Source: Octopus sinensis (taxonomy: Eukaryota). From it: a stretch of DNA of 64,000 bases. Position numbers and translations under genes: made by a program. Under the pieces are notes generated by a model. The model saw only the letters and a program-made list of their open reading frames with translations, did no database searches and was not told the origin of the DNA. The DNA is taken from assembly GCF_006345805.1 (NCBI RefSeq), contig NC_043000.1, positions 141,670,001 through 141,734,000 on the forward strand, given 5' to 3'. Positions 1 to 11,489 of the stretch are shown here, piece after piece (the first letter of the stretch is position 1; each line of letters opens with the position of its first letter).

Positions 1-510
1 GAGATCACTACGGCGGCGGCGTTTTTCAAGAGAATAAGGTCGAGCGTCCTCAGCCTTTCTTCGTAGGACAAATTTTTGAGACCATGAACCATGCGGGTAG
101 CCAGCTTCTGGACTCTTTCGAGATGCTGTATGTCTTTGAGGAGATAAGGAGAAGAGGCTTGAATCCCATACTCCAATATGGGTTTCACCAGCGTGACATA
201 GAGTGGTAGGAATATGGCTGCTGTGAGCATTCCGAATGACCGTCGAATCAAGAACAGAATTCCGCGTGCTTTGTTGGCAGCATGGACGCACTGGGCCGAA
301 GGCGAAAAGGAGGAATCCACCAAGATACCCAGGTCCTTTACCTGATCGGTCCTCTCCAGCTGCAGACGACCCGGCTCGAAATCAAGTAGAGTTGCAGGAG
401 TAGAGCCGACAGGCAGATGACAGCACTTTGACACGTTCAGACACATGTCCCAATCGTTAGACCACTTCCAAATTTGGTGGAGGCATCGACGAAGATCCTC
501 TATATTACGT
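1..510 (-). mobile_element. CR1-clade LINE ORF2 fragment (C-terminal RT region), frameshifted; runs off window start
   Basis: Manual minus-strand translation: WSNDWDMCLNVSKC...QVKDLGILVDSSFSPSAQCVHAANKARGILFLIRRSF...LYVTLVKPILEYG...LERVQKLATRMVHGLKNLSYEERLRTLDL/YSLEKRRRRSDL. These are typical CR1 post-RT motifs. Confidence 0.9.
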
Positions 511-717
511 TGGTTCACTGGCTGTTGTCTGCTAATTTTTGTTTTTTTTTAAATTCACAGTGAAGTTACATTAAATAAAATGAAAATAACAAAAAAATAT
601 TAAGAAGGACAAGAAAAACAGCAGCACAAAAATTAGAAAGAGGGGAAGAAATTCCGAGAACTGTAAAAAAAAAAACCCTGTCTGTCTGTCTGTCTCTCTC
701 CGAAATAGAGAGAGAAA

Positions 718-718
718 G

Positions 719-810
<92 letters not shown>

Positions 811-849
811 GGATAGATAGATTAGATAGATTAGATAGATTAGATAGAT

Positions 850-920
<71 letters not shown>
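718..920. repeat. (GATA)n microsatellite
   Basis: About 50 GATA units seen directly, with a few GATTA variants. Confidence 0.98.
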
Positions 921-1816
921 TTCTACACACAAACACCTACTTTCCTGGCACTATTCTATTCACAGAAATAAAAAGACAAATGCTCTGCGCATGCACATAT
1001 ATCTCTCTACAGTCAGACTTATGCACAAAAAATACAATGCCAAACTTGCTAGCTAAGAACAAACAAAACACATTCACGAAGACACAGGCGTCTATATGTA
1101 CATATATATATATACATACATATATATATATATATACATGCGTATATAAGTGCGTGTGCTTCTATGTATATACATATATGTGTGTGTGCGTGTGTATAGT
1201 GAGAGAGAAAAGGAGGAAGATAGATACATAGATATGTACACATATGAACTACAAAGCAGTTAGTACAACGAAGACTGAGACACATAAAACAATTTTATTC
1301 CACGAAACAGTCCATATTCACTTTTGTCCTACCTTCACCAATGTCTCCAAATGAGTTACTTGTGAATTATCTGAGCAAATGCCAATACACAACTACCAAT
1401 CTGCTGAATAAATATGATACGATTATTGTTCTTACACTATGATTTGGGTTTCGTCTTCTTCTTGTTGTTCAGTTCGTTGTTGCCATTGTTGTTTCGGTTC
1501 ATACTCTTGGTGTAATTGTTTTTCTTCTGTACTATTTTTTATTTTCTTTTGGCTTTTCTATTTACAAACTTTTCATTTATCAGAGAAAGAATAAATATGA
1601 ATGTACACTAAATACGAAAGGAAAAAAAAATTTGACCTATATACTCGTCCATGATTAGAAGACACGATGCCAAATAAAAGCTGTAAATGGCCTGTTTTAC
1701 TTTATATATTTATTTTATATGTATTCACATATATGTATATGTGTCGACACACAAGCGCACACTCATATATGTACACGTATTTATGCACAACGCATATATG
1801 ACTATATGCAACAATC

Positions 1817-1852
<36 letters not shown>

Positions 1853-2027
1853 TGTATGCAAGTGCGTGCATGAGTATCTCGCGCTTTCTATATATATATA
1901 TATATATATATATATGCATGTGTGTATGTATGTAGGCATGTATGCATATATGCATGTATGTATGTATGCATACATATTGATATTTGTTCATGCAAACACG
2001 AGCAAGTACCATGCTTTGTGCATGGTT

Positions 2028-2134
2028 TTCTTCTTCTCTTCTTCTTCTTCTTCTTCTCTTTCTCCTCTTTCTTCTTCTTCTTCTTCTTCTTCTTCTTCTT
2101 CTTCTTTTTCTTCGTCTTCTCGTTCTTCTTCTTC
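2028..2134. repeat. (TTC)n microsatellite
   Basis: Imperfect TTC repeat seen directly. Confidence 0.95.
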
Positions 2135-2539
2135 ATTTATTTATTTATTTATTCATTTCCCTATTTCTTTTCTTTTTGTTTTTTGATTTCTCTCCTTAGT
2201 TTTTAAAGATGATAATTGTGTGATTATTGCTGAAAAACCTGCCGAACCATCCAATTAGAGCCACAGTAAAATGGACAAAAGCAAGCAATCAGTGATTTTA
2301 CTAAATATATTATTAAGCCTTTTCAAAAGTAGCATATCGATTAGAAATTGTGTAATGATAAGGACTGTTTCTGTAGTGATAACAAGCAATGCCTTTAACA
2401 TTGGATGTACATATCAATAAATGGAATACCGTATACCGTGGACAATGCTTTGCCATAAATAGAATTTATCTATCTTTCTCTCTCCTCCTCTTTCTCTTTC
2501 TTTCTCTATATACATGCGTGTATGTATGTATATATATAC

Positions 2540-2658
<119 letters not shown>

Positions 2659-2676
2659 ACATACATATATATATAC

Positions 2677-2708
<32 letters not shown>

Positions 2709-2791
2709 ATATATATATATATATATGTATATATATTATATATATATATGTACGTATGTATATGTATATATATATTATATGTATATATTCT

Positions 2792-3040
2792 GGGAGGCGC
2801 GTGGCTTAGTGGTTAGGGTGTCAGCACCATGATCGTAAGATTGTTGTTTCGATTCCTGGACCTGGCGACGCGTTGTGTTCTTGAGCAAAACACTTCATTT
2901 CACGTTGCTCCAGTCCACTCAGCTGGCAAAAATGAGTAACGCTGCGATGGACTGGCGTCCCGTCCTGCTAGGGAACACTTACGCCATAGAAACCGGGAAA
3001 CCGGGCCCATGAGCTTGGCTAGGCTTTAAAAGTGTGCATC
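2792..3040 (+). mobile_element. tRNA-derived SINE (family A, CORE-like central domain)
   Basis: A box TGGCTTAGTGG and B-box-like TTTCGATTCC. The central GTTCTTGAGCAAAACACTTCATTTCACGTTGCTCCAGT is shared with copies at 36165, 52106 and 61032. Confidence 0.88.
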
Positions 3041-3116
3041 TGTTTTTTTTTTTTAATGTATATATTTATGAATATGTATACATATAAGCACAAACACACA
3101 TACACACATATATATA

Positions 3117-3505
3117 GGGGCAAATGTGGTTGTGTGTTAAGATGTTTGCTTCCCAACCATATGGTTCTATGATCAGTCCCACAGCGTGACACCATCAGCA
3201 AGTGTCTATTATAGCATAGGGCTGATCAAACACTCGTGAGTGGATTCGACAGACTGAAATGGAAAGAAGACCGCCGGATATATATACTTGTGAGTGCGTG
3301 TGTGTGTGTAAGATACCCACCACCACCACCACCACCACTTGACAACCGGTGCTGGTGTGTTTATGTTTTCGTACTCTAGTAGGTCAGCAAAATAAGTACT
3401 AGGATTAGAAAATATGAAATAAGTATTGTGCTCGATTCATTCTGCTAAAGATCTTCAAAGAAATGCCCCAGCATGACCTCAATCCAATAACTGAAAGATG
3501 TAAAA
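3117..3505 (+). mobile_element. tRNA-derived SINE (family B), degraded
   Basis: Colinear with the better-preserved copy at 4648-5094 (GTGAGTGGATT..GAC.GAAA..GAAAGAAG, CTTGACAACCG.TGCTGGTGTGTTTA, GCCCCAGCATG). Confidence 0.8.
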
Positions 3506-4647
3506 TATATATATGCGTGTGCGTGTAATACTCATTCTTACTTCCACTCGCTTTTCTCCCTTCGTTTTATCTCTCTCACTTTTTCCTTTTTTCTCTATCC
3601 TCATATGGGAGTCAAATCGCCAAGAGTGAGGGGGGGGGCTCTAAAAATTCCAGCGAATATCTTTCTGGATCAAACTTGGTAAACTAAATTGTCCATTGAA
3701 AGCCATTTTATTCCACATAAACTTACTTTCCGCTGTCAATTCAATTTGTAAAATCCAAAGTTCAAACGCCGAATAAATTTAATATAAGGTCATAGAATAT
3801 AGTAGAAAAAGGCAAAAGAATAGAGAATTGTGCGTTATTTAATCAGCTAAGCACCGTTCGGCTCGATTGGTAAATTCCAAATTTGTGATGCAGTAATCAT
3901 TCACGTAAGTTTATGTCATATCTGAACGAGCAAGATTCTACAGATATAAAAAAATGACACACCTTCCTATCCTTATCAAGGCTATACTACACTGTTTGAA
4001 ATAGTGAACATTTTCAGGGAGATAGATAGAAAGACTAATAATTTTCGACTAGTATAAGAGGTAGAGACCTATCTTAGCTGATGAGGCTTCGATAATTGCC
4101 CCTATGCAAACTGGTTAGTGTAATTAATATGTAGACTAGAATTATAATACGCAACATCAATTCTGAATAATCCTGTTATGTGCTTCAAGTTAAATTTGCT
4201 GTTTTGAATTAGTGGTCGCATTAAAATCAATTTATGAATTTTAGAAGAGAAATTCCTATCTGAGATTTCAAAGAGAAATTTCGTAAAACCAGACCAAAGA
4301 GCTAAAATTCTTTTACGAACGGATTCGTTTATAAAGTTAACATATTCAGTGCTTTGCCAGTGTAGAAGAAACAATCAATCTTACTAAACTTCTACCAAAA
4401 TTTTCGCTGCTAGGCTTTTACCTGGAAGCATATATTATTTAGCAATATTAATACTAACATCTGACCTTTGTGGCGCATTATTGAAGAATAATGTGTCGCA
4501 AGCCTCTTACTCACATCTCCAGCTAGCAAAACTCTTTTGAATTGTGTGTGTGTATGTGATTTTTATTTCATACTACTTTCAGTTTTGTATTACTTATCAT
4601 TGTATGTGTAATGGAAGCAGCTTTAGAAATAGCTTTTTAACGGGTAT

Positions 4648-4884
4648 ACTCTTACTCTTTTACTCTTTTACTTGTTTCAGTTATTTGACTGCGGCCATGC
4701 TGGAGCACCACCTTTAGTCGAGCAAATTGACCCCGGGATTTATTCTTTGTAAGCCCAGTAATTATTCTATCGGTGTCTTTTGCCGAACCGCTAAGTGACG
4801 GGGACGTAAACACACCAGCATCGGTTGTCAAGCAATGCTAGGCGGACAAACACAGACACACAAACACATACACACACATACATA

Positions 4885-4932
<48 letters not shown>

Positions 4933-5094
4933 TACGACAGGCTTTTTTCAGTTTCCGTCTACCAAATCCACTCACAAGGCATTTGTCGGCCCGAGGCTAT
5001 AGTAGAAGACACTTACCTAAGATGCCACGCAGTGGGACTGAACCCGCAACCACGTGGTTGGTTAGCAAGCTACTTACCACACTGCCACTCCTGC
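4648..5094 (-). mobile_element. tRNA-derived SINE (family B), near full length
   Basis: Minus strand starts GCAGGAGTGGCAGTGTGGTAAG (A box)...GGTTCAGTCCC (B box), has an internal TA/TG tract and a (GAGTAAA)-like tail. Confidence 0.9.
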
Positions 5095-5139
5095 GCTTAT
5101 GAACCTGTTGCTTTGTAATCTAAATATCAAAGTAAAGTA

Positions 5140-6240
5140 CGATGTGTAGTCAAAACATATCAGACCGTGATTTCCTTTTTGGACAAAATAATAATGCGTG
5201 AGCAAAATCGGCATGGGCTTTAGGTGACCGCGTTATTCCTGAGCAAGCGCAAACATTTTCGTGGCTGTAGGTTGTGCCATTCGCCTGCAGTAACGCGTTC
5301 AGTACAGACGTGAAGAGTGTACCGTGCGACTTTTTCTTTCCAAGTCAAGATGAACGAGCGTATTCAGCGATACTATACCAAATTCTGCCAAAGACTTGGT
5401 GATACACTAGCCCAGACAATGGAGAAGATTAAGAAGGCCTTTGGAGATGATGCTATGAGAAAAACACAAATAAGCGGCTGGTACAAGCAATTCAAAAATG
5501 CTTCACCTTAGTGGACAGTGACCTACGTTATGGCCCGACAATTAACAACGAATACTACCTGGGGTATCTTCGTCGCCCTCTTGAAGCTGTGCGGCGAAGA
5601 CAACCCGACCTGTGGGCAGCCAAGAACTGTCAACTCCTTTTCTTCTGTACTATTTCATTTGGCTTCTCTACTTGCAAACTTTTCATTTATCGGAGAAAGT
5701 ATGAATATGAATGTACACTAAATTACGAAAGAAAAAAATTTGACCTATATACTCGTCCATAATTACAAGACAAGATTTCAAATAAAAGATGTACATGGCC
5801 TGTTTCTCTTTATATATTTATTTTATATGTATTCACATATCTGTATATGTGTAGACACACAAGCGCACACTCATATATGTACACGTATTTATGCACAACG
5901 CATATATGACTATATGCAACAATCTTTGTATATATATATATTGCTGACCTACTAGGGTACGGGGACGTAAACAAATCAACACCGGTTTTCAAGTGGTGGT
6001 GGTGTTGGGTGTCTTACACAAACAAAACACACACAAACATACATAGACAAACACACACGCATTCACAAGTATATATATCCGGTGGTCTTCTTTCCATTTC
6101 AGTCTATCGAATCCACTTACAAGCGTTTGGTCAGCCCTATGCTATAACAGACGCCTGCTGATGATGTCACGCTGTGGGACTGAACACGGAACCTTATGGT
6201 TGGGAAGCAAACATCTTTAACACACAACTACATTTGCCCC

Positions 6241-6271
<31 letters not shown>

Positions 6272-6283
6272 TTGTGTTTGTGT

Positions 6284-6321
<38 letters not shown>

Positions 6322-6712
6322 GACAACGCACCCGCTCATTCCGCCCACGTCGTCCAAACATTCCTCGTCAAGCAAAACACACCACTTGTTCGCCAGGCTT
6401 TCTATTCCCCAGACATGGCTTCGAGTGACTTTTGGCTTTTCCCAAAGCTCAAAAACAAACAAAAACAAACACTCAAAGGGAGACAATTTGAGTAAACAGA
6501 AGACATGAAGCAAAATTCGAGGGCACAACTTTACAGTATCCAAACATCTGATATCCAGCTGTGGCAGGAACGCTGGCAGAAGTGTGTAGACTCCCAAGGC
6601 GAATGTTTTGAAGGAGACTAAATCAAAATGGTGAGTTATTTTTTATATTGTTTTTTTTTTGGGGGGGGGGGAGGGCGGAGTCAAAGGTCGGATACTTTTT
6701 GACAACACCTCG
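5140..6712 (+). mobile_element. Defective mariner transposon (D34D) with imperfect TIRs and TA target-site duplication, interrupted by an insertion
   Basis: Left end TA|CGATGTGTAGTCAAAACATATCAGACC vs right end (reverse complement) TA|CGAGGTGTTGTCAAAAAGTATCCGACC. N-terminal HTH QRYYTKFCQRLG..AFGDDAM..ISGWYKQFK. Catalytic HDNAPAH...YSPDMASSDFWLFPKLK with 34 residues between the last two Asp. Confidence 0.92.
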
Positions 6713-6792
6713 TACATACTTCTGTCTACGTTCTTAAAGATTATTAACAATAAAATATGACTGAAACTTCGTAGGAATCAGTGGCTTATATT

Positions 6793-7184
6793 TCAATATA
6801 TAAAAGTGAAGTTGTGTGTCTGTCTCCTACGATTTAGATTCCTAACTACTCCCACATTTTGCGGTGAAATGTAACCAAAACCGGGTATCTTATAGTCGTG
6901 ATTCATATCGAGCCCTTCTGGGTATTAGCGCGCGTCTACGATAAGTCTACGATTTAAAAAAAAAATTACCATAATTTTTTTCCCATTTTAATGCATTTTT
7001 TTGCTATTATATAAGGGAAGTAACTCTCTAAAAATGTATTATTAAATCTCAGAACGTAAAAAGCTACAGTAACACCCCCTTTGTGGTTAGCCATATTGAG
7101 ATGGCTATTATACTTTACATCTCTAAAAATGCTTATATAGTTATTTCCCTTACAAACCCGAGCAACGCCGGGCGATACTGCTAG
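6793..7184 (+). mobile_element. Non-autonomous Helitron
   Basis: 5' TC..TATATAAAA followed by GTGTGTCTGTCT. 3' GC-rich hairpin CCCGAGCAACGCCGGG, an 8-nt spacer, then terminal CTAG followed by T. Confidence 0.8.
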
Positions 7185-8394
7185 TATTTCAAGTGAGCAT
7201 ATGTTATGGTTCATGATATACTTTTAACATGAATATTAGTTATATTTGTAACTGTGCTAGTTTATTGTTTTTATATGAAATTAACGTCATCTAACTGTCT
7301 CAGTGTCTTAGAATAAGTAGTAAGTGCAAAAAGTAGGTCAGCTTTGTATCTGTAAATAACGTGACATCTCTTTAATTAGAACAATAACAAACTCGAACAC
7401 TCCGTATCCTCTGCTCTACTCTATAAATACTTTGTGCCTGGAGAACAGAAATTAATATTCTGTTCTCTGTACGTTATATACCCACGTAATTAATTGTATT
7501 TAGACTTTTCCGGTGTCTACTTTAGGAGAAATTTATACAGGTCCATGTTCGTTAATTAAAACACAGTTTCGTCTAAGCATTACAGATATTATTTAACTAA
7601 CGTCTATATCGTGAGTTTGGGAGTAGACGTAATCGCCAGAGAAGGTATCTATTTCTAAAGCCACTTTCATTTAACAGACGTCACCATTAATATACGCCAT
7701 TAATATTATCATCCTTTTATATTCTTCATCACCGGATACCGAAGAGATGTCTTTTATAGTCAGTGTGATAATATTAAATAGAACGGCAAACAATACATTT
7801 GAAACCATTGGAAATCAAACAGAGACATGAATTTGTAATCAATAAAGACCTGAGCAAAGATCTTTCTTAATTGACCTCATATCGATTGCTATAGTTCTTA
7901 GCAGCTGTAGATTAATGTTTGGCTTTTTCATCTTAGTACCATATTAAAATATGTTTGAAGACACGAAAACAGTAACAGGCCATTGCAATTGTTTCTACTC
8001 TTAAATGTGTAATTCTACTCATCATTATTTTAAGAGACACAATTCATGCGAATTGAGGAAACATACAATACTAAATTGAATGACAAGTGTAGAGATAGTA
8101 TTATAAGCTAGATGTTCACAAACACTGCTTTATCATAAAATATTCGCGCACATACTATTACTCACAAGCACAAACTCGCATACACACATATACATATATG
8201 TAATATATCTGTTTATATATTTCTTTCTACGTAAGATTACTAATGTTATGTAAGAATAAGGTGAACGAGGTAAAGTCTGATCGAAGGAGAGAACTAAAGA
8301 AAAAGTATACGTGCGTGTTTAGTTGCTTCGCATTATGCCCACAATGTAACCTAGGCAACTGTTAGAGAAGGGCAATATATATATATATATATAA

Positions 8395-8772
8395 TATATA
8401 AATTTTTCTGTCTGTCTGTGTGTGTGTCTTCTAGGATCTCGGGCATCTTCCATCCGATTGTGCTCAAATTTGACATGTAGATACCGACGGTATCAGGGCG
8501 TGTATAAGTCTTGAACAAAATTACAAAAATCGATTCCAGCTGAGAAGGTGATCGATAAAGCCGTGGAAACATGCATTTGTAAAATCGTTTTTCTTTAAAT
8601 AAAAAAAAAAAGTCTATTTTATTTCTTCTTTTGCTAGTGTCTCAAATTTAGGTTAAATCAGTGTTTCCCGAAGGAGAGGCTTATGGGACGGTCGGACAAG
8701 TTGTTTTGAGAAAATTTGGTTTAAATGTTGGACAACTCAGCACCGTCTATCGGACGGGGACCGTTTTGCTCG
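8395..8772 (+). mobile_element. Non-autonomous Helitron (second family) inserted in a TA run
   Basis: 5' TATATAAA..CTGTCTGTCTGTG. 3' hairpin CCGTC-TATCG-GACGG, then 11 nt and a degenerate terminus CTCG|T. Confidence 0.6.
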
Positions 8773-8916
8773 TAAATATATAAGCACAATCAAATGAAAC
8801 TCTCGAAGGCGTTGCCCCGCTAGGAGTCTACTGATTGGACCATTTGAAAGTAAGAAAAAAAATTATATATATATATATTTGTTTGCATGTGTCTTTATAT
8901 TAATGTATGTATATAT

Positions 8917-10713
8917 ATTGAGGACCAACTGAAGGACACAACCTTCTATTGTGAAATACCCTCAAATATAGACCACCACATCATGAAAAATATCAACAAC
9001 CTGATCTCAAAACACTACAACTCACTTACCAATAATGAAAGAGATTACTTCACCAATTTCGAACCAAAACCCAGCAACTTCTACGGCTTACCGAAAATAC
9101 ATAAATCAAAAGATATTCAACAGGCAGTAAAAGAACAAGAAAGTGAGTACATAAAATTACTAGATCCAAAAGACCTAAAACTTAGACCTATTATAACTGG
9201 TCCAGCATGCCCTACCCACCGTCTAAGCAATTTTATTGACATTGTTTTGAGACCACTATGTGCTTACATACTCTGTTTCATCAGGGATGACATCGACTTC
9301 CTGTCCCATCTTCCCAAAACAACAGAAACAAATTCAGTTTTACTAAGTTTTGATGTGGTACGCCTCTACACCAATATTCCACACGATTTAGGAATAAAGG
9401 CGATTAAATACAGGTTAGAAAAACATAGAAAAGTGATTCCCAGCAGATTCCCAGTGCCATTTATATTAAACACAGTCAAACTTATTCTAGAAAACAACAC
9501 ATTCTTCTTCAATGGAAAGAATTACATCCAAATTAGAGGCACGGCGATGGGAACGAGGTTTGCTCCCGTTTACGCCAACTCTGTAATGGGATACTTAGAA
9601 CAACTCTACCAAGAGGTGGAGGTAAACTATGGCACTGGATTTAGAAAGCATATTGAAAAGGCATGGAAGAGATACCTTGACGACTGTTTCATAATCTGGA
9701 CAGAATCTCTAAATACTCTGGAAGAGTTCAATATCCTCCTGAACAACCTACACCCATCTCTCCAATTTACAAAGGAGATGAGTAGTACCAAATTACCATT
9801 CCTAGATATAATGGTAATTAAAAAAGACACTACCATCACCACAGATATATACTATAAACACACAGACACACATTAATACCTGAATTTTAAGTCGTGCCAT
9901 CCACCACATACGAAACGCAACATCCCATACTGCCTAGCCAGAATAATTTGTACCATTATAGAAGATGCAAATATCAGGAACAAATGCCTAACAGAACTAA
10001 GAGAATTTTTACTCAAACAAAAATACCCATCTCTACTTATAGAAAATGGCATACAGCAGGCTATAAAAATACCCATACAACAACTTAGGACAACCCAAGG
10101 AAGAGGAAAACAAGAACAAGTCATACCATTCATATTGAAACACGATTTATGTCACCAGAATATCTTCAACATTGCCAAAGCAAACCTAACAATCATTGCT
10201 CAAAATAATGAATTAAAAGACATAATGACGGATCGAGCTATGGTTCTTAGTAAAAGACAGCCTAAAAACTTGAAAAAATTACTAACAAAGGCAAAATTTG
10301 ACCTTAGCAACAAAGACCAAACATTCACTGTATCTAAATGCAATGATAGCCGATGTGGCACATGCCAATTCATACATGCCCGCCAATATATAAACACAAA
10401 AACCGGGGAAATATTCACGAATATGAACTGCAAAAGCAGAAATTTAATTTACTGCATCAAATTCCCAAATTGTGAAGAAATATATGTAGGTCAGACGGGA
10501 AATGCACTATCAGTACGCTCACGTGTACACCGACAACAGATTAGAGACCCAGAGGTCCGTCAGATACCTTTGAGTAACCACCTAGCAGCATGTGGTCGGA
10601 AAATATATATAATATTTCCATTCTACAAATTACACAGCCCAAGTGAAATCGAGAGGAAAATCAGAGAAAATAATTTTATTGATAAATTCGAACCCAAGCT
10701 AAATAAGCAATAA
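8917..10713 (+). pseudogene. Penelope-like element ORF: reverse transcriptase + GIY-YIG endonuclease, 5'-truncated, one in-frame TAA at 9874-9876
   Basis: RT motifs FYGLPKIHK, LRPII, SFDVVRLYTNIP, GTAMGTRFAP, WKRYLDDCF, PFLDI. The frame continues past the TAA (YLNFKSCHPPHTKRNIP...) into the 10135 ORF, which is in the same frame and has CNDSRCGTC and LIYCIKFPNCEEIYVGQTG..R..QH..E (GIY-YIG). Confidence 0.95.
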
Positions 10714-11380
10714 TAATAATACTTAGAGGTACTACTTCTACTGCTACGACCATGACCACTAACAACAACAACAATACTAAAGGTGATCAAGATGAAGATA
10801 GCAGGAAAATTATCTTATTTAGGGTTAAAAGTTCTATTGCCACCACCATCACCACTAGCAACAATAATTAAGGTGCTGACAATGATGATGATGACAATTG
10901 AAATATAAAAATCCCTGACAAAGGCTATTTACAACATTTCTAAAAATAGCCAACAATTGCTGCCTCGGCCAGGGTTAAGATACAGGACTCTTGACATGTT
11001 CAACAAAGCGTGACGCCTAAACCAATCAGCTCAACCAACCAATCAGCATAAGTAATTGAATGATACTACACACTGATTGGTCAGAATACTGTGTGCAAAA
11101 CCTAGCTATCTGGAGCCTACACAGCTGTATTTAAGGCACAGATTTAATCATCTCGCTACAGTAAAAAATTGTGATTCATGACTCTCACCACTACTACATG
11201 AACATGAAGATTGCAGAATTTAATGCATGAAAGTACTAGTTCAATCAGAATGAACATTTAACATTATTTTATTTCATTTTATTATATTATATTAGCTTAT
11301 ATTATATCATTATAAGATTGTAAATAAAACGTGAAAATCAGACAAGGTTGGAATTCCTTTTTTTAATATATTCTTCTATA
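10714..11380 (+). promoter_or_regulatory. Penelope 3' pseudo-LTR with CCAAT boxes and a TATA-like box
   Basis: Two CCAATCAGC (11022-11048), a reverse CTGATTGG (~11073) and TATTTAAG (~11129), all upstream of a hammerhead motif. Confidence 0.65.
11199..11243 (+). ncRNA. Minimal type I hammerhead ribozyme motif in the Penelope pseudo-LTR (C3 changed to A)
   Basis: TGAAC-aTGAAGA-t-TGCA(gaatttaa)TGCA-t-GAAA-GTAC-TA-GTTCA: stem I TGAAC/GTTCA, stem II TGCA/TGCA, palindromic stem III AGTACT. Confidence 0.7.
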
Positions 11381-11450
11381 CACAATCACACACACCCGTA
11401 TATATATCAATATATATATATATATATGTGTGCATGTAACACCAGATAAC

Positions 11451-11489
<39 letters not shown>

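Noticed and set aside
2792-2865. tRNA genes at SINE heads (also 61032, 55849 and 52442)
   Set aside because: A and B boxes are present, but they run into SINE bodies, several with tails and TSDs, and no complete cloverleaf is evident.
4102-4374. 90-aa non-repetitive ORF
   Set aside because: No recognisable motif or splice context; possibly decayed transposon sequence.
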